From the NCBI RefSeq assembly GCF_006345805.1, contig NC_043010.1, forward strand, positions 18,290,001 to 18,354,000: a DNA stretch of 64,000 nt, written 5' to 3'. Position 1 is the first letter of the stretch, and every line of letters starts with the position of its first letter. Positions 13,847-26,780 of this stretch are shown here, in pieces. Both the position numbers and the translations under genes were made by a program. Source of the stretch: Octopus sinensis. Taxonomy: Eukaryota. The notes under the pieces are model-generated. The model did no database searches. It was not told where the DNA came from and saw only the letters and a list, made by a program, of their open reading frames with translations.

Positions 13847-13940
13847 TATATAGTGAGAATTTACAAAAAAACAAAAGACGAAGACGGGTGTGTGAACAAC
13901 AAACAGATGTATTAGTTTAACGGTCGGGAAGTGAGAAAAT

Positions 13941-13976
13941 CTTTTACGTTTCGAGCCTATGCTCTTCAACAGAAAG
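13941..13976 (-). ncRNA. Minimal type-I hammerhead-like motif with variant CUGUUGA core
   Basis: CTTT-CTGTTGA-A-GAGC-ATAG-GCTC-GAAA-CGT-A-AAAG: stems I and II pair, helix III is the ACGT palindrome, A6 is replaced by U. Confidence 0.55.
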
Positions 13977-14039
13977 GAACACAAAAATAAACAGAGATAG
14001 AAAATAGAGAGTTTTTGAAGTGATGTACAGATATTGTAT

Positions 14040-14432
14040 ATTTATTTCTTTATTGCCCACAGGGGGCTAAACATAGAGGGGACACACAAAGGGATTAAGT
14101 CGATACATCAACATCAGTACGTAACTGGTACTTATTTAATCGATCACGAAAGGATGAAAAGCAACCTCGGTGGAATTTGAAATCAGAGCGTAACAGCAGA
14201 CGAAATACCTATTTCTTTACTACCCACGAGGGGCTACACACAGAGGGGACAAACAAGGACAAACGGATTAAGTCGATTATATCGACCCCAGTGCGTAACT
14301 GGTACTTAATTTATCGACCCCGAAAGGATGAAAGGCAAAGTCGACCTAAGCGAAATTTGAACTCAGAACGTAACGGCAGACGAAATACCGCTAAGCATTT
14401 CGCCCGGCGTGCTAACGTTTCTGCCAGCTCGT
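14040..14432 (-). mobile_element. tRNA-derived SINE family A, tandem dimer
   Basis: B-box GAGTTCAAAT, central GCCTTTCATCCTTTCGGGGTCGATAAA.TAAGTACCAG, tail TGGGTAGTAAAGAAATAGG. Other copies at ~270-420, 12505-12662, 15700-15785, 19055-19292, 30008-30220 (+), 33665-33878, 38445-38612, 59728-60145. Confidence 0.85.
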
Positions 14433-14534
14433 ATTTTGAGAATAACAAGGTTGCCAGAAATGTCGGTTGATTATATATATTTTTGTAAAAATGTAAATAA
14501 AAATATACACAACATTCTGACTACCTTGTTATCC

Positions 14535-14602
<68 letters not shown>

Positions 14603-14676
14603 TATGTGACCGCGTGTGTACCGTTGGCGATTTGTTTCTCTCCGTCTTCCCTTCCTTGGATCTTTCCTTTTCCTGT

Positions 14677-14711
14677 GTTTCTGACGAAGAGCTCCGCTCG
14701 AAACGTTAAAT
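14677..14711 (+). ncRNA. Minimal type-I hammerhead ribozyme in a ~210-bp repeat (14605-14815)
   Basis: GTTT-CTGACGA-A-GAGC-TCC-GCTC-GAAA-CGT-T-AAAT: full core, 4-bp stems I and II, palindromic helix III (ACGT), GUU cleavage triplet. Homologous repeat at 54520-54728. Confidence 0.75.
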
Positions 14712-16011
14712 CCTCCTTCTTTCTTTCCTTTCTTGAGCGTCCAATAACACTATACTTGTTCCACGTCCTCGCGTTGTTGTGTTTTCTCTTTGTGTTTTCA
14801 TTTTTGGATTAACTTAATATATATATATACTTCGCTTAGGCATTCGAGACCAGTAACCCAGTGTAGAATTCAATATACTTATGTTTTAGAATGATGTTTT
14901 GGCTGATTACAGAGCAGGAATAAGACCGAGAGATGACAAAGGAATAATCTATTATCTTATGAACACATAATCTTACACTCACGATATACCGAGAATAAGC
15001 ATGATATTTAATGTTGTATAGAATATGTGTGCATTTCGGCAAATTTCCGTCATTAACACATAACTTCTATCCGAACATTATATATTGTTGCAAAAATCAC
15101 CACTTCAGAGTTCAGTAATGAAAACAACAATTCGTGTTAAATATTCGCGTTACGCGAATTATTAACAAGCTCGCCAGTGGCACAATGGAATAGGAGACAA
15201 AAAAAAAATAGGATAAAAGAAAGAAAAACCGACCTCAAGTATTCGAAGTCACGTCTCCCAAATCCAAATAAGGATTACTAAAAAATGAAAAGAGTTTTGA
15301 AAATGGCGGAAACTGATTAGAAATAGCAGTTAGGTTCTGGCGGTCTGCCGTGGTTATATTTTAGGTTTTATGGAAGCAGCTAAGGGCCATCAATGCGTTA
15401 GTGTTATCGATCAGAGAAGGTACTTTTCTGGTCACAGGGTTATCTCCATTCAGGCCCAATGATTGCAGGTTGTTCTTCGAGTCGGTATGAGGCCGAGAAT
15501 TTGGTGTGGTGTTGTCCCGGTCACCACTGTTGCTAAGGTTAGTCATGGGAATGAGGTGGAAGGTAAAAAGCAAGTGGTAGAAGAAAAAGTCTGTATTCCA
15601 AGACAAGAACAAAACAATAAAACCAATAATAATAATGATGAGATGTGTTTTTATACATTTCTTATTTCAAACACTCATATCTTACATATGTATTCGTTCC
15701 AAATTTGCTCAACTGGTACTTATTTTAACGATCTCGAAGGGATGAACTGCAAAGTCGACCACCACAGAATTTGAACTCAGAACGTATCTTTTATTTGTTT
15801 TAGTCATTGGACTGCGGTCACGCTGGAGCACCGCCTCGAAGGGTTTAGTTGACCAAATTGACATCGGGACTTATTTTTTGAAGTCTGGTATTCATGTTAT
15901 TGATCAATCTTGTCGAACTACAACGTAATGGGAACGTAAACAAACCAATATCGATTGTGATTCTGTAGGGAGGGGAAACACGACACACTACACTCACACA
16001 CATGTACACGT

Positions 16012-16054
<43 letters not shown>

Positions 16055-16282
16055 GATAGACGTACACACGACGGGTTTCTTCGCAGTGAGACTGAACCAC
16101 CCCGGAACTAGGTGGTTGCCAAATGAGTTTCTTAACTACACGGTCGTGTATGTGCATGTGTATGTGCATGTGTGTGTGTGTGTAGACATTCGCTATATAA
16201 TGTATACATTGTGCATATATATATATGCTTGTGTATGTGCATGTGTGTGTGTGTGTAGACATTCGCTATATAATGTATACAT

Positions 16283-16325
<43 letters not shown>

Positions 16326-16365
16326 TCTATGTTACATATGCATGTCATGTCTATACATACGTGTA

Positions 16366-17630
16366 TTAGGTTGTTCCGAAAATAATGACTGATTTCAGAA
16401 ACTAATTTATTCTGGAAAAATTAACAATAGAAATGTTTTGATTAGTCAAAGTATGAGCCGTGAACATCTATGCATCTCTGCCATCAATCAGCGAGATTAT
16501 TTATGCTTCGTTGATAAAAACTTATTGGCTTTGATGCTAAGAAATCTTTGAAAACTGATTCCACCTCTGGTTTGGATCTGAAATTTTTATCGTTTAAAAA
16601 AACGTGTTTAAATGCTTCAAAAAATGGTAGTCAGTGTGTGAAAGATCAGAAGAATATGGAGGATGTGGTAAAGTCTCGTATCCCAAGTCTGTGAGTTTCT
16701 GCAGCGTCATTCTTGCAACATGTGGTTTTGCATTAACGTGGAGCAGAATTGGGCCATGCTGGTTCACCGTTGCAGGTCTCTTTTTTGCAAGTGAGCATGC
16801 ATTTCAGCGAGTTGATTGCAGTAAATCTCTGCTGTAATGCTCTGATTGGCTTCCAGAAAGCTGTAATGGACAACACCAATTGCAGACCACCAGACACTCA
16901 CCATAATCTTTTGCTGATGCAACTTTGACTTTGGGAAATGTTTGGGGACTCATCACGATCAAGCCATTGACCTGATCGTTTACGGTTATCATAAAAGATC
17001 CACTTTTCGTCACAAGTGACTATTTGGTCAAGAAAAGGATCATTGAAAGAGCATCGAGCACACTCCAAAACGCTGAACTTTTTGATTTTCATTGAGCTCA
17101 TGTGGTATCCATTCATCGAGGGTTTTCACCTTACCAATCCTCTGCAGATTGCGTGAGACCGATGCAATACCGACACCAAGTGCCTGAGACATTTCTCTGA
17201 CACTTTGACATGAGTTTTGTTCAACAATAGCTTTCAACTGTTCATTGTCAAGACTGCATGACCGTCATCTACCTTCTTCATCTTCAAGGCTCTCATCACC
17301 ACTACGGAATTTTTAAAACCGCCTTCGTACTGTGCGATCCCATGTGAACCCCTCCCCCTATGCTCTGCTAATATTGGTAGTAGTTTGGGAGGCATTGTGC
17401 CTCCCTTGAACTCATGCAAGAAAAGTTAGCGAAGGTCTTTTTTGTCATGTTCATAATGAAGGGCGCCGATGCTTCAAGAATGTTTTCTGAAATAAGTAAA
17501 AATTTATTAAAGAGCATACATCAGTTATTAAGTATGTCGAAATTCACCTAAAATATTATTAAAATCCTTCGATAAAATTGCGTTTCAAACCACAACACTT
17601 AGAGCGGCCGTTATTTTCGGAACAACTAAA
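16366..17630 (-). mobile_element. Full-length mariner (DD34D), transposase pseudogenised
   Basis: TIRs TTAGGTTGTTCCGAAAATAA / rc TTTAGTTGTTCCGAAAATAA with TA flanks, 1265 bp. Motifs WIPHEL, IVTCDEKWIFYDN, HPPYSSDLS lie in different frames. Confidence 0.92.
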
Positions 17631-18001
17631 TAGTATATGTATATATATAGAATAGGTGCCGGGCTCACAATCATGTTCCAGTTCACTCAGTTGTAGAAAT
17701 GAGTTTCGACGTCACCGGTGCCAAGCGGTATCGGCCTCTTTGCCTTTCCCTTGGATAACATCGGTTCCGTGGAGAGGAGATGCTGGTATGCATGGGCGAC
17801 TGCTGGTCTTCCATAAACAACCTTACCCGAACTTGTGCCTCGGAGGGTAACTTTCTAGGTGCAATCCCATGGTCATTCATCACCAAAGAGGGTCTTTACC
17901 CTCTTTATATCATTTGTATCGCCACACACACGCACACACATATATATATATATGTGCAATATGTATATTTCATATACGCTCTCTCTCTCTCTCTCTCTTT
18001 C

Positions 18002-18070
<69 letters not shown>

Positions 18071-18431
18071 CACTGTCCTGTTTTTGTTACCAACTTTGAC
18101 CCTCCGTCAATCCCAAATTGTATTTTGCTTTGCAGGAGCAACTATTTTGTCGAAGGCGCATCTTGTCACAATTGCTCGAAATGCGGAGCAGATAAAACAG
18201 CCGACAACTTATGAAGGGTCGTTCTTTATGTTACTTGTCCTATTTTTCATTTGTTTCTTTCGTTGTTCGCAGAAAAGTTCGTATTCCATGCTTTCGTATT
18301 TCGTAATTCATGTTGTTTAACGTTTTATGATGTCCTGTGCCCATATATGCATACGTATATACATTATATGTAAGTATGTACCTATGTGTATGTATTATAT
18401 ATGCATATATATTATATATATATATATATAG

Positions 18432-18489
<58 letters not shown>

Positions 18490-19054
18490 CTATATTATTA
18501 TATATACATACTTACATATAAATTAGTGTTAGGTATGCTCCTAGTAGTACGGCGATGAAGCACGTTCACAGAATATGGCCGAGAACAATAAAGTTTCCCG
18601 TGTATTCCATTTTTCGTTTCTATCATTTGTTTCATATATATATATATACATACATGGCAAAGGAAAGATGGAAAGACGGAAGATACGAGTAAGCTACAAG
18701 GTGTAAGCAATCCGCTTTAATACATACACAATGACGCTGGGACCTTTGAAGCTTATAGGATACTTTAAGGGTTCAACCAAAGCCTGAAATGACGGTTTCT
18801 GTTGGGCGGAGTAAAACTCACGTGTCGGTCAGTAAGCTTTCACCGGAGTATATTGGTCAAGCGACAACTAGCCATCAATCCTTTTGCCAACAAACTCTCC
18901 TAGATTTACCATTCTTAACAACAGAGACCCTCGTTATTTCCTTCGCATTCTGTATTTCATTCTTCCTGATAAACTCTAACCTAAACCAACAGCACGAAGA
19001 TGTAGGGAACAATCGCTGGAGTTGAAATAAAAGCAGAATTCCTCGAAATCACAT

Positions 19055-19292
19055 ATTGCCTATTTCTTTACTACCCACAAGGGGCTAAACACAGAGGGGA
19101 CAAACAAGGACAGACAGACGGATTAAGTCGATTACATTGACCCCAGTGCGTAACTGGTACTTTATTTATCGACCCTGAAAGGATGAAAGGCAAAGTCGAT
19201 CTCGGCGGAATTTGAACTCAGAACGTAATGGCAGACGAAATACGGCTACACATTTCGCCCGGCGTGCTAACGTTTCTGCCAGTTCGCCGCCT
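19055..19292 (-). mobile_element. SINE family A, near full length
   Basis: Head GTTAGCACGCCGGGCGAAATG, B-box and tail all match other copies. Confidence 0.85.
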
Positions 19293-19895
19293 TCAAATCA
19301 CATTTTACCGCCTTCAAAAAAATAAGGTATTAAATAGCGTAGTTCTGGAAATGCAAATAAATAGGATGGTCATGGTTGGAATGTTTTTGATGATTGGCCT
19401 TTTCCTCTATTTGATCTTGTCTAAACAACAAGCTAAAAAGGTCAGTCTCTGGTTTTAAAGGTGGAAGATGACCAAAGAACCTTACAAGAGGAGCATTGAG
19501 CATCGATGTATATCGGAAGAGATTTTTATACATCTGAACCGTTTCAATAGGTTTCCATAAACTAGCGAGTTGCCCCGTTGTTGGGTGTCTCGGGTTAGGG
19601 TTATTTTAAGGAATTGTCCTCCATCGACGACTGAGCTTCGCTGTCAACTGATCGGCCTCACTGATTACACAGTTGTATCGAGAACTTTCTACAGAGGTCT
19701 CTGCTCGATAGATTTATTCTGATAGTATTATCACTGTATTATTAGCAGCAGCAGCAGTAGTAGTAGTAGCAGCAGCAGTGAAGTTCTGCACAGTGAAATT
19801 GTTGACAATGAGTATCAACAACAGCTACTACTACTACTACCACCACTACTACTACCACCACCACCACCACTACTACTACTACTACTACAACTACC

Positions 19896-19927
<32 letters not shown>

Positions 19928-20445
19928 CATTGTTTGATTAGATTTGACCGGAGGCTAATGAAAAAAACCCCAATCGAGCTGTATCTCCCGTATCTCTTCT
20001 TAACAGACTTCTTTCACAATCACATTTGTTGTTCAATCCAGTTCATCTCAGATCAAAACCCTTTCCAACCGTGAGCATCACGTTCCCCATCTCCCCCCCC
20101 AGATACAATCTAACTGGAAGCTCTTACTATGCAATGTGTTTTATTTTAAAACGATGAAATGTCATTGAGGAAAATTTGGCTGCTATTTCTAACAGGTTAC
20201 ACAGAAGCTTCCTCGTTAGGTCAACAGATCCTAACTGTGAAAAGTGAGGACCGCAATATCACTATTATAATTATAATTTCACTAATTACTTTAAGAATAC
20301 TATAACAACTCCATAATTCTACTGGTAACTCTAGAACTATTCTGTCACACCAATTCTTGAACTATTCTGTAATTATTCTGTTCTAACTTCTTCATTCTTC
20401 AGTTCTATACATAGGAATGAGAACCCAGGTTCGAAATTTCCCCAA

Positions 20446-20491
20446 GACACCTGATGAAGGCTGGAGAGTACATCAGCCGAAACCTTGTGTT
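20446..20491 (+). ncRNA. Hammerhead motif in a Penelope-like tail (repeat 20412-20538)
   Basis: GACAC-CTGATGA-A-GGCTG-(10 nt)-CAGCC-GAAA-CCT-T-GTGTT. Stems I and II intact; helix III is ACCT rather than the ACGT palindrome. Confidence 0.6.
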
Positions 20492-21649
20492 AACAACAAA
20501 CAAGTTGAGGACAAATATCCATCAAATGTAAATAATGTTCTTCATTCTAGATCTATTATAGAAATTCTGTAACCATTCTCTCAGGGCATTGCTACTCAAC
20601 TGTAGTCCATGTGGCCCTTAGGGGTCAACATAAGATTTTTTGGTGCTACTATAGTATATCTACCATCCATTTTCTTCTATAATATATCTATAAATTTTCG
20701 GAAAAACTTCCGCCCGTCCCTCACCATTTTCTCCCAAATTTGTTTATTAAAAAATTTTTTTTGGCTTAAAGACCCCGTTTTCGGATACAGTGGTTGCGGA
20801 AAATCGCCAAAAATCGGCATTGTGAAAATCCCACCTTTCCCCACCAACTTCTTCAATTTTGACTTTTTTCCGCAACACTAACCCTATCCGTAAGTACAGA
20901 AATGTTTTGAAAATTTTTGTCCGAACCCTGATGTCCGTATTTATCCGCATATTTAGAAAAGAAAAAAATTCTTAAAAATAAATTTTACAAAGATTTTTTG
21001 AAATTATTTTCAGAATCATAATCTCCGTATTTTTCCGCATATTTTGAGAAAAAAAAAATTCTGAAAAAAGCTTAAAATGAAGAGAATGGGGTGAGGGTGT
21101 GAATTTAGAAATGTCGATTTTTTATGCAGATTCGTATTCCCCGTAGCCGAAAAGGGGTGGGGTTGTGTCGAAAAAAAAGTTTTAAAAAGGGTGGGGTTTT
21201 TTTGGCGGGGGGGGGGGGTGTTCAAGTCTTGCCAAATTTTCTACATATAGTCTGATATCTATCAACTGTTGGTAGCATGAAATATGTTAAAAATCATTAA
21301 ACATTTATTCTACAAAAAGAAAGCGGCATAATAAACAGTTTGTAGTTTAACATTAAAAATCATTAACTCCTTATTATATAAAATTTCAAAAAATCATCAA
21401 CTATCGATTTTAACGTTTGTAAACTGATCTGATGTCATTAAAAATTAAAAGCAATGAACAAGTCATGGTTTTTCCTGAGCATTTCCTACCTGCTCAATAA
21501 GATTGTGCTCTCCCGAAAAGGACACCGCTTCATCTTCACCTGAGATTATTTTGTAAAAGTCCCTGGCACGAGCATGGTGCTGGTGGGAATAACTAAATGG
21601 GCTGGAATTACGTGCTGAAGGCCGTAAGTGGGTTGTTTGGTAGGGTACA

Positions 21650-21992
21650 TTGTCGTAGGATCGCGGTTTCGATTCCGAGACCGGGCGTCGTGAGTGTTTA
21701 TTGAGCGAAAACACCTAAAAGCTCCACAAGGCTCCGACAGGGGATGGTGGTTATCCCTGCTGTACTCTTTCACCACAACTTTCTCTCACTCTTACTTCAT
21801 GTTTCTGTTGTACCTGTATTTCAAAGGGCCGGCCTTGTCACTCTCAGTGTCACGCTGAATATCCCCGAGAGCTATGTTAAGGGTACACGTGTCTGTGGAG
21901 TGCTCAGCCACTTACACGTTAATTTCACGAGCAGGCTGTTCCATTGATTCGGATCAACCGGAACCCTCGTCGTCGTAACCGATGGAGTGCTT
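21650..21992 (+). mobile_element. tRNA-derived SINE family C
   Basis: GGTTTCGATTCC B-box and body TACCTGTATTTCAAAGGG...GGAGTGCTCAGCCACTT...GTCGTAACCGATGGAGTGC. Related copies at 22440-22600 (-), 39797-40112 (+), 62200-62408 (+). Confidence 0.8.
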
Positions 21993-23624
21993 CCATCCAT
22001 CCACATTGTCATTTACGGTAGGTCGTAAATAGCAAGGCAGATATCGTACCTGTGTAGCATCGATTTCGTTGTCGAGATTTATCTGCAACAAATCGGTTAG
22101 ACTTTTGCAATCCACAAAATACTTTAACGGTTTAAAACATTTTTTTACTCAATTACAAAAATATAAAAGGGTTTTTCAAACATCGAATGGTTATAAGGGT
22201 CCACCGACTTCAAGAAGGATCGAAAGGATCCAGAGGCAAAAAAGGACCCAGAGGCAAATACGTTACTATTAGGTTCTAATTACCATTTATCCATATTATA
22301 ACGACTTTGTTAGTTCTCTCTCTCTCTCTCTCTCTGTCTCGCTTTCTCTCCATCCCCCCTCTCTCCCCCCCTCTCTCCCCCCCTCTCTCCCCCCTCTCTC
22401 TCTCCCCTCTCTCTCTGTACACACAGACTCCCACATAATAGACACTCGTGTCGAGTTCGACCTTTGAGCGTCCAGTTGATCAAACAACAGGACGACCCAC
22501 TTATTGAATTAGCATACGAAGTCGCTGAGTATTCCATAGACAAATGTACCCTTAACGCAATTCTCAAGAAGAATCAGCTTGACCCTTGAATTACAGGTAC
22601 TGTACTTTCAGAGGGTTTCACACAGTTTTCATCTCCTCCAATTTATTCACGAGGCTATGATAAAGGCACATGCCATACAAAGGGATTGAACCCGAGATTG
22701 CGTGGTAGCTAAGTCCTATACTATACAGTACGCCGCATGAGGTTATATTTCATTATAAACCTGGTGATCATTGAGTCCAACCGTTTCACAGTCAACAGAT
22801 TGTGTATTTCTGGCAGCACTGTGCCATGGCGAAAGTCACCGTGCATGACCAAAGACGCCGTATTCGGCATTGCAATAATTGTATACTTCTGTCTTTTTCA
22901 CATAAAAGTTAAATGACACGATCCGTCGACAGGATTCGAACACTTGTCTCTCTGCTTGCAATCCATTACTTTATCCACCCGACAAAAACGTAAAAATTAC
23001 ATTCTTTTATTCTTTTGATTTTAATCATCTGACTGCAGCCATGCTGGAGCATTCTATTCCAGCGTCTGTTAGCCGATCATAATTGGCTAAAAGCTAATCG
23101 TATTTCATCTGTTACGTATTTTATCGTTCTCTATTTATCGAATTGCTAGGTTACCTTTTTAACACAATGCGATGCAATACGACGAGCAATTTCACACGGC
23201 TTATACACACAAGCACTTCCAAGTGTGTTTCTGCGACTGGCGGACATATGCAGAGGGTTGCCGTTTATCTTTGTATTGATAAAATGAAGACTAACGCTAG
23301 GCTGCAATAAGACCAAAACCAGAACTACGTGGTGCCGAAGTGGGTAATCTTTCATTACTGTCAAATCATCATTTCAAGAAGACAATTTTCGGTTTCCATT
23401 AAAAAGATTTGGGGAAAAGATCGGCTGCTTCCGCTTCGTGGGACATGTTTGAATACTTTTAATTGATATACAGTATTTTTTTGATATTCATATTGTTATT
23501 TATTTTTATAGAGCCTTATACTTAGTGGTGTGTATGTGTGTTGTGTGTGTGTGTGTGTGTGTGTGTGTCTGTGTGTGTGTATGTGTGTGTGTGTGTGTAT
23601 GTGTGTGTGTGTGTGTATATATAC

Positions 23625-23673
<49 letters not shown>

Positions 23674-25096
23674 ATATATATCGGTGTGTGTGTAAATGTT
23701 TGTGCATATATGCATGTATATATGTATATATGTATGTATGTGTGTATGTATGTAATGTATGTATGCGTGTATGTAATGTATGTATATACGTATGTATATA
23801 ATGTATGTAATATATGCATGTAATGTATGTATGTGTGTATTTCATGTATGCATGTAATGTATGTATGCATGTATTGCCGCATGAAGGAATGTCGTCGGTC
23901 GTTCTGCGAGAAATAGCAGCCAATCTCCTTCATATTACATACTATCTTTAAAAAAAACGGAAGGACATTGGACAATGCAATTATCCGAGATAGATTTTGT
24001 CCCAAATAAAACCAACAGATTGATGAGAAGTTCGCCAGCCACGCCGTTGTCCGTGCGTCTGTTAGACCAGGTCTGACCTTGGGCTAAATCAAAATAACAT
24101 GAAGAATTGCAACAACAACAACGACAACAACATCAAAATATTTGGAAAGAAATGAATGAATAAAAGAATGAAAGACAAAGAACTCTTCAAAATGGCGTGT
24201 ATTTATCGTAGAAGGAAGAAAGAAATACGAAGGTGGATTGTCACGTGATAAAATAATTTTTTGTCCATCACTTCACATGCTTTTGTCGATCTTGCTGCTT
24301 CGCATTCCGATAGTTATTTCTGTGTAACTGCTTATATTTATGTATATATGCCCGTGTCTTTATATATATATATATTTAAGTATTTATATATATGTATATG
24401 TACACACACACACATGAATACATATATATATATATATTCATATATATTCATATTCACACACGCACACACACACACTCGTGTGTGTGCATGTATGTGTGTG
24501 TGCGTGTGCATGTATGTGTGCATGTGCTGCATCCAGTCTCTATTTTCTCGATACGAATATAGACAGAATAAATTAAATTCATTTGATTTATCACTCAAAA
24601 CTTAGTCAAAGCCATGTTGTCTTCCCCTCAACTCAATGACCTCGTCCGCTTCAAATATTGTCTCTCGCAATAAAACACATAACCCAATGGTTCGCATTTT
24701 CTTCACATCTTCATCTTCTTCCTTCTCTCTTCAAGTTTACCAAGAACCCAAGACAGACGTTGATGAGAGAGGGCATGTCATTGACAAACAGATTAATTTT
24801 ATTAATATATATATATACAAACACACACACATGTATATTTATATACATATGTGTGTGTATTCTTGTAATTGTTTTTTGTTGTGCTTGCCTTTATTTATTC
24901 ATTTATTGTTTCGAGTTGTTTTGCACAGATTTTAGAAATGATTTTCTCTTGGGTCTTTAATTTTTTTTTCTTAAACTGATACTCTTATTTGAATAGAATC
25001 ATGATGTACATGTGCAACGAATCCATCTGTGTGTGTATACATACATGTAGATATAAATATATAAACATATACATTTATATACAAAAGTATGAGTGT

Positions 25097-25194
<98 letters not shown>

Positions 25195-25570
25195 CTCAAG
25201 GTTGGTGTTTACAAACTAGCTAAAAAGTACTCAATATGTGAAGTAGAGTTCATAGTTTTGATTTCGGAACTGCAACTTCATGAGTCACAACTCTTAGTTT
25301 CACGTTCCCGATAGTCAGGCGTGTATGTATGTATGCATGTAACGTATATATATATATATATATGATAAGTAAGTGTATATGTGTGTGGTGGTGTGTTTCT
25401 TTTTCAAATTGATGGTTGTCTCTGTTGTATTATCATTGTTATTTCATTATGATAAATTTTGATAATTATTTAATTAATTAGCCAAACATCTTTTACAGTT
25501 TTAAACCCTCTCCAAAGAGTCATTTGTCTTCGTGCCGCTGCCGCTGCCGCTGCGTTTTCCTGTCCTTCTT

Positions 25571-26780
25571 TTACGTGGCGTTGGCGTGAACGCGCATGTG
25601 TCGATTGAGGTTGCCGGATTGAGAGAAGCGGAGCAAGCAGAGCTTACACTGGTAAGGTTTCTCTCCGCTGTGGATCCTCACATGTTTGGTCAACGTGGAA
25701 CTGTCTGAAAAGGCCTTCTTGCACATCCTACAACGATAAGGACGCTCTCCGGAGTGAGTGCGCATGTGCGTCGTTACCGAAGAACTCTGAGAGAAACGGC
25801 GATCGCAGATGGGACAGCGGAACGGTTTTTCCCCCGAGTGGGTCCGTATATGTGCCGTGAGGTTAGCTGCTTGTGAAAACGATTTACTGCATGTGCTGCA
25901 ACGATACGGTTTCTCACCACTATGCGTTCGCATATGTGTTTTCAGCGTAGAGGGCCGTGCGTAAGTCTTTCCACAGATCCGGCAGAGATTAACACGTGCC
26001 GTATCCGAACCCACGGCACCGTTTGGATTGCTTACACCGATGTTACCAACAACACTAACACCCCCACCGATGTTTGGCGAGCAAGGGGTTTGCCGCCCCC
26101 CGGACATCAGTTTAGTCCTCTTGAAGTGGTTCATGCCACAAAAACGTGACGCCTGCTTGAATGAATCCGAAGACTTGTAAATGATGTTCCTACTGTCCGC
26201 CATGGCCCTAAGATCCGTCGACAGTGAATAGGACGCCGTGTAAGGATGTGATTGTCCAGTATATGTACCATACTGGGGCTGAAGCGTAGGAGCGTGGCCG
26301 CCATACTGACCGAGTGGGTTTTGCGGTTGCCCTGTCCATTGTTGTACGGCATTGTATTGGTGATTGGGTGCCAACGTAGGGGGAACCCCCACGTTCATGC
26401 TCATTGACACGTTAACACTCATAGATGGGAACATGTTCGCTTGGGCCTGCGCCGATGTGTTCTGGTTCTGAGGTTCGGTATAAGCTGGAGCGTACTGAGC
26501 ACCTGTAGAACCCGTATATGCAACGTTGGACAAGACATGTTGGGCTTGGTGAGGGTGGTGAGGGTGGTGGTGGTGGTGGTTCACGGTGTAGTTGATTGGT
26601 GGAGAAGTTTGTGTATGGTTCATTTGAGGTGGACCCATCGTCTGTTGGTTAATGTGTTGAATAGGTGGAGACATGGGAGCTAGCTGGCCGTTCAGTTGAG
26701 GCCGAACCACGGCGTGTTTCAGTGAGAGAAGGGCATCTGCGATGTCGTGCGAGGATTTTTCTTTGAAAACCGAGAAGTCT
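25571..26780 (-). CDS. glass: Glass orthologue, last coding exon (His/Gln/Pro-rich region plus five C2H2 fingers)
   Basis: Fingers [79 protein letters not shown] match the Drosophila Glass array as I recall it. Acceptor TTTGTTTCAG ends at 26781, so the first 49 codons of the listed ORF 25571-26926 are intronic. Confidence 0.93.

Noticed and set aside
24885-24910. AATAAA (minus strand) as the glass poly(A) signal
   Set aside because: Plausible (~670-nt UTR), but such hexamers are abundant in this AT-rich DNA.
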